Source: Mailhella sp. (GTDB taxonomy: Bacteria; Desulfobacterota; Desulfovibrionia; Desulfovibrionales; Desulfovibrionaceae). Taken from it: a stretch of DNA of 56,528 nucleotides. The stretch lies in the NCBI GenBank assembly GCA_020024815.1, contig JAHHTE010000001.1:1-56528 (forward strand), given 5' to 3'. The position numbers were made by a program, and so were the translations under genes. This document shows positions 29,619 through 40,286 of this stretch, piece after piece. The notes beneath the pieces are model-generated. The model saw only the letters and a list, made by a program, of their open reading frames with translations. It made no database searches and had not been told where the DNA came from. The first letter of the stretch is position 1, and each line of letters opens with the position of its first letter.

Positions 29619-31772
29619 ATGAATTTATTAATCGTTGAATCACCAGGAAAAATTAACAAATTAAAAGAAATCTTAGGCAGTGGTTGGAATATAAAAGCTA
29701 GTTATGGGCATATAAGAGATTTACCAAGTAATGAACTTGGTATTACTGATAATTTTGAGCCTAACTATATTGTTATTCCTGGAAAAGAAAAAGTAGTTAA
29801 AGAATTACAAGAAGCTGTAAAACAAGCAGATACTATTTATCTTGCTACTGACCCTGACCGTGAGGGAGAAGCTATTGCATGGCATTTAAAAGAATTGCTT
29901 AATTTGTCAAATTATAAACGTGTAACATATACTTCTATTACAAAACAAGCTGTTTTAGATAGTATCAATAATGCTCGTACTATTAATATGGCGTTGGTAA
30001 AAGCTCAAGAAGCACGACGTGTACTTGATAGATTTGTTGGCTTTTCTACAACTCCATCTTTGCGTAATGCACTAAGTGAACAAGTAAGTGCAGGACGAGT
30101 GCAAAGTCCTGCTGTTCGACTTGTAGTTGAAAAAGAAAGAGCTATACGTTCTTTTAGGGTAACACAACATTATGGAGTAGAAGCTCTTTTTGATGAAGTA
30201 GACAATGTACAAGACGGTTGGAAAGCTACTTGGAAAACAGATAATTTTTTAGAACCAGGACAAGAATATATTTTAGATAAAACAGTAGCAGAAAATATAG
30301 CAAAAATACGTTCATTAGAAGTATTAGAGTATGAAGAAAGCGAAAATAAAAAAGCTCCTCCTGCTCCTTTTACAACTTCCACATTACAACAAGCTGCTAG
30401 CCAAAAATTAAAATTAACACCAAAAAATACAATGGCAATAGCACAAAGGCTTTATGAAGCTGGTGTTATTACCTATATGCGAACAGATAGTCCTAATCTT
30501 TCTGATGAAGCTTATGCAGAAATACAATCTTATGCACTAGAGCATAATTTGCCTGTTGCTGATGAAAGAAGGGTTTGGAAAAGTAAGGACGGTTCGCAAG
30601 AAGCCCACGAAGCAATACGTCCTACTGATATTACTGTTGAAGATTTAGAGGCTAACGAAGAGGAACAACAACTTTATAAACTTATTCGTGAGCGTGCTTT
30701 AGCTTGTGTCTTAAAAGACGCTGTATATTTTAGAAAACAAGCAAAACTTAAAGGATTAATTGAAGCAAAAGAAGTTCTTTTTGAAGCAAAAGGAAGTCTT
30801 TTAACGGATAAAGGTTGGCAAGTTATTTATAATGATGATGAAGAAATAGAAGAAAGCAATCCAATACCACAATTAAAGATTGGTAGTATCATTATCATTC
30901 AAACAACTAACGTAACTACAAAACAAACAAAAGCCCCAAGTAGATATACACAAGCTACTCTTATCCGTGAGCTTGAAAAGAAAGGTATAGGCAGACCCGC
31001 TACATATGCAAGTATTTTGTCTAATATTTTAGATAAAGATTATATTAGAGAAGATGATAAAAACAAACTTTCTGCAACAGCATTAGGGGAAAAACTTCTT
31101 GACGCTTTATATGATAATTTTAGTTTTATAGACTTAGATTTTACTAAGGATATGGAACAAGAGCTTGATGATATTGCTGAAAATAAAAGCACTTATCAAG
31201 ACTTAGTAAGTAAAACACATAAAATTCTTACTGAAGAAATAGACGCATACCAAGCTAAAACAGCAATACCATGCCCAAAATGCAACAAACCTTTGAAACA
31301 CCTAAAAGGCACAAGTGATAATACTGGCAAACCCTATGATTTTTTTGTGTGTGAAAGTTGTAACACTTCTTTCAATAATTCTAATGGAAAACCAATAGAA
31401 CGCACACAAAATATAACAGAATTTACTTGTGTAAAATGTGGTGCAAACCTTGTACACCTTCAAGGTAAAAATAAGGAAAATAAACCATACGACTTTTTTA
31501 CATGTTCAAATAAAGAATGTGATGCAACCTATAATAATATTGACGGAAAACCAGTTGAAAAACCTTCTGAAAATAAAGGAAAAATGACAGATTACACTTG
31601 TAAAAAATGTGGAAGTAAGCTTGTGGAAAGACCTACTAAAACTGGTGGTATTTGGTTTCCTTGTAGCAATCGTGATTGCGATGGCAAATACTGGGCAAAA
31701 GATGACGGTACACCTAATTTTGATAATAAACCAACTAAAAAATCAACAACAATAAAAGCAAAGAGAAAATAA
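29619..31772 (+). CDS. traE: Type IA DNA topoisomerase (TraE-like)
   Basis: IVESPGK, LATDPDREGE, SAGRVQS, ITYMRTDS, QEAHEAIRPT; C-terminal Zn ribbons. Confidence 0.93.
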   Translation: MNLLIVESPGKINKLKEILGSGWNIKASYGHIRDLPSNELGITDNFEPNYIVIPGKEKVVKELQEAVKQADTIYLATDPDREGEAIAWHLKELLNLSNYKRVTYTSITKQAVLDSINNARTINMALVKAQEARRVLDRFVGFSTTPSLRNALSEQVSAGRVQSPAVRLVVEKERAIRSFRVTQHYGVEALFDEVDNVQDGWKATWKTDNFLEPGQEYILDKTVAENIAKIRSLEVLEYEESENKKAPPAPFTTSTLQQAASQKLKLTPKNTMAIAQRLYEAGVITYMRTDSPNLSDEAYAEIQSYALEHNLPVADERRVWKSKDGSQEAHEAIRPTDITVEDLEANEEEQQLYKLIRERALACVLKDAVYFRKQAKLKGLIEAKEVLFEAKGSLLTDKGWQVIYNDDEEIEESNPIPQLKIGSIIIIQTTNVTTKQTKAPSRYTQATLIRELEKKGIGRPATYASILSNILDKDYIREDDKNKLSATALGEKLLDALYDNFSFIDLDFTKDMEQELDDIAENKSTYQDLVSKTHKILTEEIDAYQAKTAIPCPKCNKPLKHLKGTSDNTGKPYDFFVCESCNTSFNNSNGKPIERTQNITEFTCVKCGANLVHLQGKNKENKPYDFFTCSNKECDATYNNIDGKPVEKPSENKGKMTDYTCKKCGSKLVERPTKTGGIWFPCSNRDCDGKYWAKDDGTPNFDNKPTKKSTTIKAKRK

Positions 31773-31773
31773 T

Positions 31774-32532
31774 ATGAGAATATTATTAGCCCTTTTTATG
31801 TTTATGGTAATGCCCTTTACGGGCATTGCCCATGAATTTAGTTTTGATAATGTTAGTAAGAAGTATCCAATAGATAGTGAATATTTTGCGTTTAATGCTT
31901 CTCAAGAATTAAGCAAAAAATATTCAAAAGAACTTCCTAATATTATTCTTATTCCTGCTAAAGATAAAAAATTTACAGAAGCTCTTGAAGTTTTTCTTAT
32001 ACGTAGTGGTTTTACTATAAATGGCAATACTGATGGTCTCGTAATGAGTTATACGTTTGATTTTTTAGATAAAAATAGAGCCTATTTAAGACTTGAATTA
32101 TCTGACGGAAATCATATTGGTGTTGTAAGAAAATTAGGGGAAAATACGCCATTTTCTGCTCCTACAACAAAAGTATCAGAAGAAATTATTTCCGAAACTC
32201 CAACAAACGTAGAACAAACAAATGCAGTACAAGAAACACTTACAGAAATACAAAAAAGTCCATTATTAGCTACTCCAATAAAAACTACCCCAACATATTG
32301 GATATTAAAACAAGGTTCTTTAATGAATCAACTTGATGAATGGGCAAAAAAAGAATCATGGAAAGTAATTTGGCAAGCAAATTACGATCTAGACTTAAAT
32401 GCAGAAGCAAGTTTTTCTGGTGATTTTATTAATGTAGTAGAACAAGTATTCAATGCATTACCTAAAAAAAATAATGGGTTACGTATTAATATTTACAAAT
32501 CAAATAGAGTTATTGAAGTTATAGGGGAATAA
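31774..32532 (+). CDS. pilL: PilL-like protein: TrbH-like N-terminal domain plus TcpQ-like C-terminal domain
   Basis: C-terminal WILKQGSLMNQLDEWAKKESWKVIW...AEASFSGDF; first gene of the pil cluster. Confidence 0.75.
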   Translation: MRILLALFMFMVMPFTGIAHEFSFDNVSKKYPIDSEYFAFNASQELSKKYSKELPNIILIPAKDKKFTEALEVFLIRSGFTINGNTDGLVMSYTFDFLDKNRAYLRLELSDGNHIGVVRKLGENTPFSAPTTKVSEEIISETPTNVEQTNAVQETLTEIQKSPLLATPIKTTPTYWILKQGSLMNQLDEWAKKESWKVIWQANYDLDLNAEASFSGDFINVVEQVFNALPKKNNGLRINIYKSNRVIEVIGE

Positions 32533-32535
32533 ACT

Positions 32536-33960
32536 ATGAGGAATATTTTCTTATTATTTATTATAATTATGTTTTTACCTGCTTGCACAACAGTACAAAC
32601 ACATAATTTTAATAAACAAATTAATGAATATGAAAACATAGCAAAATCAAAAACAGTGCAAATTTTTGATAAACCTTATCTTGGATCAAAAATTAGGGAA
32701 TTAGACATAAGAAGTCCTCTTTTTGATAAAAAAGCTTTATTATCTCAAAGAGGTACAATGACAGAAATCGCTCAAAGCATTGAAATGCTTTTTCCGAGCA
32801 TGAGCTTCCAAGTAAATGGTTTTGATACGCAAAACTACAAAATTTTTTATGACGGCAATCTAAAAGGATTGCTTGATAGTATTTCAACGGTAACAGGTTA
32901 TGGTTGGACATTTGCAGATAATACCGTAACTTTTTCAAAAGTTATTTCAAAGACATATACTATTTATGCTATACCAGGAATAAATAGTTATACCAATACA
33001 CTCACCAATAAAAATAAATCAGAAAATAGTGCTTCAAGTAATGGTATTGGACAAACTATATCAAATGGGGATAGCTCTGCTGATACTGCTCAAACAATAA
33101 AAACAAGTTTTCAATATGATACTTTTAAAGAAATAGTAACGGATGTAAAAGGGTTATTGTCTTCAAAAGGAACAGTGACAGCTAATCAAGGTGCGGGAAC
33201 AATTACAATCCGTGATAGTGCGGATAAAATAAAACTTGTCGATGCTTATATTGGTGAAATCAATAAAAAGATGTCTCGACAAGTAGCAATTAATGTTCAA
33301 GTTTGGACATTAGATTTAAATGATGATTCAGAAGTTGGCTTTAATCTAAAAGCATTGTTTGAAAATGCAGATCTAAGTATTATAGCAGGTAATACCACAA
33401 GTTTAGCTAATAATATTACTGCAAGTATTGTATCAGGCAAACTTAAAGGCTCTAATGCTACATTAAGTGCATTGCGTGAGTACGGTAATGCTTCACAGCT
33501 TACGAGTGCTAGCGGAATTGTAATGAGTAATCAACCACTTCCAGCTCTTGCTGTTTCTAAAAATGCATATCTAGCAAGTATGTCAACTTCTGTAACAGAA
33601 TACGGACAAACAACAGATATTCAACCAGGCGAAGTTACAACTGGTTTTAGTATGACTGTTACCCCTCATATTCTTGAAAAAAGAGAAGTAATTTTACAAT
33701 ATAATGTTCATTTATCTTCTTTAGAAGAAATGCAACGCTATTCTTCTAAAGATATTACTGTTGATTTACCCCAAACAAATAATCGTTCTTTTAGGCAAAG
33801 AATGCGTATGAAAATGGGACAAACTCTTGTTTTAGCTGGCTATGCTCAAGAAATAAAAGCCAATAAAACACGTGGTGGTTTTTTATTTGGTGGGAAAAAT
33901 GGCAATGATAAAAAATCAATTTTGATTATCACAATTTCTGTGGAAGGAGCTGATGTATAA
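32536..33960 (+). CDS. pilN: Type IVb pilus secretin lipoprotein PilN
   Basis: LPAC lipobox; RQVAINVQV, VTTGFSMTVTPHIL, GQTLVLAGY. Confidence 0.9.
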   Translation: MRNIFLLFIIIMFLPACTTVQTHNFNKQINEYENIAKSKTVQIFDKPYLGSKIRELDIRSPLFDKKALLSQRGTMTEIAQSIEMLFPSMSFQVNGFDTQNYKIFYDGNLKGLLDSISTVTGYGWTFADNTVTFSKVISKTYTIYAIPGINSYTNTLTNKNKSENSASSNGIGQTISNGDSSADTAQTIKTSFQYDTFKEIVTDVKGLLSSKGTVTANQGAGTITIRDSADKIKLVDAYIGEINKKMSRQVAINVQVWTLDLNDDSEVGFNLKALFENADLSIIAGNTTSLANNITASIVSGKLKGSNATLSALREYGNASQLTSASGIVMSNQPLPALAVSKNAYLASMSTSVTEYGQTTDIQPGEVTTGFSMTVTPHILEKREVILQYNVHLSSLEEMQRYSSKDITVDLPQTNNRSFRQRMRMKMGQTLVLAGYAQEIKANKTRGGFLFGGKNGNDKKSILIITISVEGADV

Positions 33961-35189
33961 TGGCTCGTTTAATAAAAATTGATAAAACAATGTATGCTCT
34001 AGGGTTGAACTGGTATACATATACTTCAAAAAAGCAACTTCCAACAAAAGAAACCAAAACCTTTGACGTGGTTACATGGAACAAAGAACAGTTTGGTTAT
34101 GCTCTTACAGAAAAAAATGAAAAGTTTTTATCTGCTAAAAGTTTAGCAAATCTAATAAAAATAACGACTTCATATCTTGGAGTTTTTACTCTAAAGGATA
34201 TAGAAGATAATGAATTTTTTTGGATTTTTGCTACGCATGATGGAAAAATTCTAGGTATGGGAGATACCGTTTGTAATAGTCAAGAAGAAATAAAAGACGC
34301 TATAAAAACTATCACAGATTTTTCACCTATTCCTATTAATCCTATTTATTTTAAAACTGTTGATGAAAGTATTACTTTTATCAAAGCTAATATAACTTCT
34401 TCTAAATTTTCTAATACCATAAAACCGCTTTATAAAAGTAAACAAAAAGCAAAACAAAATAGAAATATTATGTTAATTGCTTTAGTTCTTATATGTGCTA
34501 GTTATGGTGTAATAAAATATTTAGATATTAAAAATATCCAAGAATTAAAAGAAGCTGCTCTTTTTTCAAAACAAACAACAGAAAATAAAATTAAAAATAT
34601 TTATGCAAATACACATAAATATTTTCCTATGGAGTGGAAACAAAATTATTTCCCTTTGGATATATATTCAGTTTGTAAACCAGCTCTTTTTTCATTGCCT
34701 ATTAATGTGAATGGTTGGGCTTTAGAAAAAGCAATTTGCACTCCAAAAGAAGTTAATTCTTATTGGAAACATCAAAACCAAGCAAGTTTTGTAGATTTGC
34801 CTTTTAATGGCGAACTTACCAAACCAAAAGAAGTTTTTTCACGGCATGAAATAGCAAATATAAAAAATACGCAAAATACCATTGAACATACAGCACTATT
34901 AACACAAGAAGAAGTTTCTAAACTTTTGTATCAAATAACCCAAAATATGGGAGCAAATTTATCATTATCTTTTAGTAAAAGTGCTGTGAAAGAATTTGAA
35001 GAATTAAAAATTTCTATTACTGCTCCTTTTAAACAAGGAAAATTTGAATGGAAAAGTGTACCTTCAAATCTAATTCTCAATTCATCGTTATTTAAAGCAT
35101 TGAATGCAATTCCAAGCTTAGCAGTTAAACAAATTGAATATAACAACGGACAATGGTCTATTAAAGGAGATTTATATGTTAAAGCATAA
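33960..35189 (+). CDS. pilO: Type IVb pilus accessory protein PilO
   Basis: YALGLNW start, central TM, GWALEKAIC; synteny. Confidence 0.8.
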   Translation: MARLIKIDKTMYALGLNWYTYTSKKQLPTKETKTFDVVTWNKEQFGYALTEKNEKFLSAKSLANLIKITTSYLGVFTLKDIEDNEFFWIFATHDGKILGMGDTVCNSQEEIKDAIKTITDFSPIPINPIYFKTVDESITFIKANITSSKFSNTIKPLYKSKQKAKQNRNIMLIALVLICASYGVIKYLDIKNIQELKEAALFSKQTTENKIKNIYANTHKYFPMEWKQNYFPLDIYSVCKPALFSLPINVNGWALEKAICTPKEVNSYWKHQNQASFVDLPFNGELTKPKEVFSRHEIANIKNTQNTIEHTALLTQEEVSKLLYQITQNMGANLSLSFSKSAVKEFEELKISITAPFKQGKFEWKSVPSNLILNSSLFKALNAIPSLAVKQIEYNNGQWSIKGDLYVKA

Positions 35190-35643
35190 AATAATCCTTA
35201 CTTCTTTCCTTTTATGCATAAGCAATATTAATATTGCAAATGCTAATTCCAATGCAACACTTGGATCAATTACTCAACAAAGAGGTATGTTAGAAGATTT
35301 GAGTTTACAGGTACAAATACAAGAACAAAGTCAAAAGTTGAATCAATTACTTATGCCTGTTGCTCCTATTATTCCTCAAAATACTAATGAACTTTCAGCA
35401 AAACAACTTATTGAAAAACTAGAAGTACCAGGAGCAACGAAAGAAAAAAATAGTGAAATAAAAGATGAAGATACAAGAACTTCAAAAGTTATTGCAATTT
35501 ATAGCAATAATAAAACACTAAAAGCAAAAGTAAAATATAAAGGTAAACTTGTTAATCTTACACATGGTCAAATCTGGAATGGGCTGAAAGTACAAATTTT
35601 TCGTGACCATGTATCCATCGGTAATAAAATTTTGGAGTTATAA
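35176..35643 (+). CDS. pilP: PilP-like protein
   Basis: Signal peptide, ATLGSI...coiled coil, C-terminal beta region; between pilO and pilQ. Confidence 0.65.
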   Translation: MLKHKIILTSFLLCISNINIANANSNATLGSITQQRGMLEDLSLQVQIQEQSQKLNQLLMPVAPIIPQNTNELSAKQLIEKLEVPGATKEKNSEIKDEDTRTSKVIAIYSNNKTLKAKVKYKGKLVNLTHGQIWNGLKVQIFRDHVSIGNKILEL

Positions 35644-37178
35644 TGATGTTTTTTAATCAACAAAAACAAAATTTTGAACCATTGAATTTAATACCTAGTA
35701 CATTGAAATCAAGTCTAGCTATTTCTGATAATGTATTATGTATTTCATCAGCTATAAAACATGATCCACTTGTCTTAGAATTATTGAATGATTTAAAATC
35801 ACGAAAAATTGTCGAAGAATATGCATTTTATAGTCCTGCAGAATTTCATGATAAGTATAGTCATTCAACATTATCTAAAATTGAAGTAAAGAATGAAATT
35901 CAAAATTTTGTAAAAGAGTTATTGCAAACAGCTTTTAATGAAAAAGCAAGTGATATCCATATCAAAGACATGGGTACACATGGTCTTATTCGATTTCGAA
36001 TAGATGGAATGCTTATAGACCATAAAATCTATAAAGCAGATTTTTGTAGGGCTGTTATTCGTGCAATATATGGTTCAATGATTCAAAGTGGTGATAGCCA
36101 ATTTTCTTATCGTGAAAGACAAGAAGGAAGAATTGTTAACGATAATTTTTTACCTAAAGGTATGTATTCTGTTCGGGTACATACAGAACCAACAGAAAAA
36201 AAAGATAGTCCTGAAGGTATTGGTTCTTGTATGTATTTGCGTCTGTTATATGACGCCACCAATGCAACAGGATCACTTGAAGAACGTTTAACTAGACTTG
36301 GTTTTCTTAATAACCAAATAGAAAGTATTCGTTATTTAACCACAAGAACAGGATTAAATATTTTATCAGGAGCAACAGGACACGGAAAATCAACAGCACT
36401 AAAACATATTATAGAAAGTATCAAAATTGAAAATCCTCAAAAAGCATTTATGTCAGTAGAAGATCCTCCTGAATTTCATTTAGAAGGGATAGACCAAATC
36501 GCTGTTAGTACAAAAAATGTTGAAAATCGTGGAATAGCCTATACTGACGCAATAGCAGGAGCAATGCGTTCTGATGTTGATTGTCTTTTAATTGGGGAAA
36601 TTCGTTATCTTGAAGCAACAAAAGCAGCAATTAATGGAGCTATGACGGGTCATGCGATATGGGGAACTTTACACGCTAGCGACGCTATTGGGATTATTTT
36701 ACGTATGATTACCATTTTAGAAGAAAAAGGTTCTTCTAACGCAATAAAACATATTTGTGAACCTAGTGTTATTTCAGGCTTAGAATATCAAAGACTTATT
36801 CCTATGCTATGCCCTCATTGCAGTAAAAGATTGCATGATGTGATTGATAGCTACAATGCAAATATGGCTGAAAAAATCAACAGAGCATTAAAAGCAGAAG
36901 ATGAAAATGTGCGTGTTATTGGGTCAGGCTGTGAATATTGCAATTATAAAGGGATAAAAGGACAACAAATTGCAGCTGAAGTAATTACAACAGACGTAGC
37001 ATTTCTTGATTATTTGAAACAAAACAAAATCACAAAAGCAAAAGAATATTGGATAAAAGAAAAAGGAGGAATAAGCCATGTGCAACACGCCCTAAAATAC
37101 GTAAAAGAAGGAAGAGCTGATCCATTTATTACGGAAGATAGACTTGGTTTACCGTTAGATTTTGAGGTAATATCATGA
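35643..37178 (+). CDS. pilQ: Type IVb pilus assembly ATPase PilQ
   Basis: ASDIHI, RFRIDG, GATGHGKST, VEDPPE, IGEIR, TGHAIWGTLHA. Confidence 0.93.
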   Translation: MMFFNQQKQNFEPLNLIPSTLKSSLAISDNVLCISSAIKHDPLVLELLNDLKSRKIVEEYAFYSPAEFHDKYSHSTLSKIEVKNEIQNFVKELLQTAFNEKASDIHIKDMGTHGLIRFRIDGMLIDHKIYKADFCRAVIRAIYGSMIQSGDSQFSYRERQEGRIVNDNFLPKGMYSVRVHTEPTEKKDSPEGIGSCMYLRLLYDATNATGSLEERLTRLGFLNNQIESIRYLTTRTGLNILSGATGHGKSTALKHIIESIKIENPQKAFMSVEDPPEFHLEGIDQIAVSTKNVENRGIAYTDAIAGAMRSDVDCLLIGEIRYLEATKAAINGAMTGHAIWGTLHASDAIGIILRMITILEEKGSSNAIKHICEPSVISGLEYQRLIPMLCPHCSKRLHDVIDSYNANMAEKINRALKAEDENVRVIGSGCEYCNYKGIKGQQIAAEVITTDVAFLDYLKQNKITKAKEYWIKEKGGISHVQHALKYVKEGRADPFITEDRLGLPLDFEVIS

Positions 37179-38209
37179 TAAAATACCTTCTTATATCATT
37201 CTCTTTTAATAATCACTTACGCAAAAAGATTTGGAAAAGAATTGCAACTCAACTAAAATACAATGTTCCGTTAATTCTTATATTTGAAAATTTGAGGGAA
37301 CAATATAAAAAAAATAATATATTATATTCTATCTTTTCAGATGCTTACAATGAATATAGTAAAGCAGAAAAATTATCAAAATCATTAGGAAAATACATTC
37401 CATATGATGAAATGCTTTTGATTGAAAGTTGTGAAAGTAATGGAAAACTTGATGAAGGTTTTCTCTTAGCTGAACGTATTATTGAAGCTAAGGATAATAT
37501 TAAAAATTCACTAAAATCAGCATTAACATATCCAATATTTTTATTTTTCTTGCTTATTATTATGCTTTTAGTTGTTGCTTTTATGTTAATTCCTGCTTTT
37601 ACAGAAGTTAATGATCCAAGTAAATGGCAAGGTTTTGCTAAAATATTATACTATGTATCTATATTTATTAGCTCTATTTATGGATTATTGTTTGGTATTT
37701 TTTTCGCCTTTGCAATAAGTATGATGTTTTTTTCTTTTCCTAATTATACAGGGAAATATAGAACATTTTTAGATAAAATACCGCCGTATTCCATTTATAG
37801 AATGTTAGTAGGCTCAACATGGCTTTTTACTTTTTCTAGTCTTATGAAAGCAGGTAAACAACAAAACGATATACTAAAAGATATGGCAGAATCAGATATT
37901 AACACACCATATCTTCGTAGTAGAGTACAAATTATTTTAGATAATTTTATTGGAAAAAATCTTGGTGAAGCTCTTATTTTATCAGAAACAGGATTTCCTG
38001 ATGAAGAACTTATAAGAGATTTAAATACTTACTCTAATTTACCAGAATTTGAACAAAAACTTTATGAAATTTCTGAAGATTGGATCAAGTATGGGGAGCA
38101 AAAACTCAATGAAAATGCAAAAGTTTTTCAAAACATTTGTTTAATGTTTATAGCTTTAATACTTATATCAATTGGCTTAGCTTATACACAAATTATGCAA
38201 GCATTTTAA
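37175..38209 (+). CDS. pilR: Inner-membrane platform protein PilR (GspF family)
   Basis: SALTYP, LDKIPPYSIYR...GSTWL, TGFPDEELI. Confidence 0.88.
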   Translation: MIKYLLISFSFNNHLRKKIWKRIATQLKYNVPLILIFENLREQYKKNNILYSIFSDAYNEYSKAEKLSKSLGKYIPYDEMLLIESCESNGKLDEGFLLAERIIEAKDNIKNSLKSALTYPIFLFFLLIIMLLVVAFMLIPAFTEVNDPSKWQGFAKILYYVSIFISSIYGLLFGIFFAFAISMMFFSFPNYTGKYRTFLDKIPPYSIYRMLVGSTWLFTFSSLMKAGKQQNDILKDMAESDINTPYLRSRVQIILDNFIGKNLGEALILSETGFPDEELIRDLNTYSNLPEFEQKLYEISEDWIKYGEQKLNENAKVFQNICLMFIALILISIGLAYTQIMQAF

Positions 38210-38221
38210 GGAGAAATAACT

Positions 38222-38740
38222 ATGAAAAAACTTTTATTTAGAAAAAGCAAAGCAGCTTTAGAGGGCTTAAGTTCACAGGCTTTAGGAGCAATAATTGGAA
38301 TTATTGCTATTGTAGGATTAGTATATTTATATAACGATACATCATCAAAAAATGATGTTATATCACTAAAAGAAGGTCTATTACATTTAAATGCAGAAAT
38401 TAATGCATTATTTAATGGACAAACAGGCTATGAAGATTTAACAAATGATATTGTTCTTGAAGCCCAAATTGTTCCTAGTGATTTACGAAAAGGAAAAAAA
38501 ATAATTAATCCTTTTGGTGGTGAAATTAATCTTTATCCAAGTGGAGATGGATCTAGTTTCTTTATAGAAGTAACTGAAATTCCTGATAAAGAATGCATTC
38601 AATTAACAAGTGATCAAAATAGCTCTTGGAAAAGTATAACTGTAAATAATACTAAATTATCTAAAGATAAATCTTCTGTTGAGACAATAAATCTCTGCAC
38701 AAATTCTAATAATAATACTCTAAAATATGAATCTAGGTAA
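38222..38740 (+). CDS. pilS: Type IVb major prepilin PilS
   Basis: N-terminal hydrophobic helix, INPFGGEI, IPDKECIQL and second Cys near the C-terminus. Confidence 0.85.
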   Translation: MKKLLFRKSKAALEGLSSQALGAIIGIIAIVGLVYLYNDTSSKNDVISLKEGLLHLNAEINALFNGQTGYEDLTNDIVLEAQIVPSDLRKGKKIINPFGGEINLYPSGDGSSFFIEVTEIPDKECIQLTSDQNSSWKSITVNNTKLSKDKSSVETINLCTNSNNNTLKYESR

Positions 38741-38745
38741 TTAGT

Positions 38746-39171
38746 ATGAGAATGTTTGCTTTTTTAGCTTTAGGTATAATGCTTCTATCTCTTTATTCTT
38801 TTCCAAAAGAAAAGAATAGTACAGTGGAAGTGCAAGCCATGAATTTTCTTATGTATAGGGATAATGTACGCAATTATGTTTTTAAACTTGATAAAATTAT
38901 TCCTGGAGTAATTTCTGATAAAGATATTGAATTTCCTATTGGTTTTATAAACAAAAAATGGAAAGCTCAAATTGAGAAAAATATTTTATATATCTATGGT
39001 AATGCAACGCAACAAGAAATTAACCAAGTAAAAAAGCAAACACTCTATTCTCATAGTGTGGGTCAAAAAAAGAATGGTCTTTTTTACCCACACTATACTA
39101 AACCTCCAATGGTTTTACCAAACTTTATAAAAGAAGGTGATCTTGTAAGTATTGTGGAGATTGTAGAATGA
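38746..39171 (+). CDS. pilM: PilM-like protein
   Basis: AMNFLMYRDNVRNY, C-terminal LPNFIKEGDLV. Confidence 0.7.
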   Translation: MRMFAFLALGIMLLSLYSFPKEKNSTVEVQAMNFLMYRDNVRNYVFKLDKIIPGVISDKDIEFPIGFINKKWKAQIEKNILYIYGNATQQEINQVKKQTLYSHSVGQKKNGLFYPHYTKPPMVLPNFIKEGDLVSIVEIVE

Positions 39172-40286
39172 GAAAAAGTAAAGCTGAAGGTTTAACTAGT
39201 GTTATGCTTGGATTAATCATTTTATTTGTATTGTTACCGACTATTATCAATCAAATAAATGAGGGATTACTTTATATTCGCAAAAAAGGTGCAAGCAACC
39301 ATTTAAATACTGTAAATATTGCTGTCGGCGAATATATTAAACTTCACCATGCAAAACTTCTTGAAACAACAACTAACACAAAAGGTGTTACTATAACTAT
39401 TCAAGATTTAAAAAAAGATGAACTACTTCCAGAGGGTTTTTCAGAAAAAAATACTTTTCAACAAGGATATAAAGCTTATATTCGTCAGCCTAAAAAAAAT
39501 GAATTACAAGGAATTACACTTACAGAAAGTAATGGAAAAAATTATGACAAAAAATTTATAAATAGCATAATTCCAAGTACAGCAAGTTTATTAGGTGGTG
39601 CTGGTGGATTTGTTCCAAGTGGCGATTTGCCTAATGAATCATCTAATATGATTATAGGTAGTTATGGTTCTTGGAAAATAGAACTTCAAAAATTTGGAAT
39701 ACCTTCGCCAGGTGCAGGACATTTAGCAGCACTTGCTACTTTTGGCAGTAGTGCTTTAGGACTAGATTTTTTATATCGAGTAGCAGTTCCTGGCGAACCA
39801 GAACTTAATGCCATGCAAACAAATTTAGACATGACGGATCACGATATAAACAATCTTAGAAGTATTCAATTAACTTCTCATACTTTTGATGAATTTGTGT
39901 GTACTGATGTTAAAAATGAAAATAGATTATTTTATGACGAAAAAGAAGGAATGTATATTTGTAGGCAAGGTCAAGCTGTTACAATCAATGATACAGGCAA
40001 TAGTATTATGATAAAAAATACAACCATTGCAAGCAATGGTGAATTTATTGAAAAACCTATTTGCCCTTCAGGAACAAACACAAAACCCTATATTTTTACT
40101 TCCCCAAGCATTGTTTCATCAGGAGAAGAAGCTGTTCATTTAGCTTCGTTTCAAACATGGGCTACTGATGTTGATGACACAAAATGGCAAGTCCATCTTC
40201 GTGTTTTAAATAAAAGAGAAGAATGGATTTATCCTGACCCTAATTACAATAAAATGACAGTTATTACACTATGCGGAACTACATAA
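39168..40286 (+). CDS. pilV: PilV-like minor pilin/adhesin (Shufflon_N domain)
   Basis: LPEGFSEKNTFQQGY, GGAGGFV, GHLA, DFLYRVAVPGEPELNAMQTNLDM. Confidence 0.88.
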   Translation: MRKSKAEGLTSVMLGLIILFVLLPTIINQINEGLLYIRKKGASNHLNTVNIAVGEYIKLHHAKLLETTTNTKGVTITIQDLKKDELLPEGFSEKNTFQQGYKAYIRQPKKNELQGITLTESNGKNYDKKFINSIIPSTASLLGGAGGFVPSGDLPNESSNMIIGSYGSWKIELQKFGIPSPGAGHLAALATFGSSALGLDFLYRVAVPGEPELNAMQTNLDMTDHDINNLRSIQLTSHTFDEFVCTDVKNENRLFYDEKEGMYICRQGQAVTINDTGNSIMIKNTTIASNGEFIEKPICPSGTNTKPYIFTSPSIVSSGEEAVHLASFQTWATDVDDTKWQVHLRVLNKREEWIYPDPNYNKMTVITLCGTT

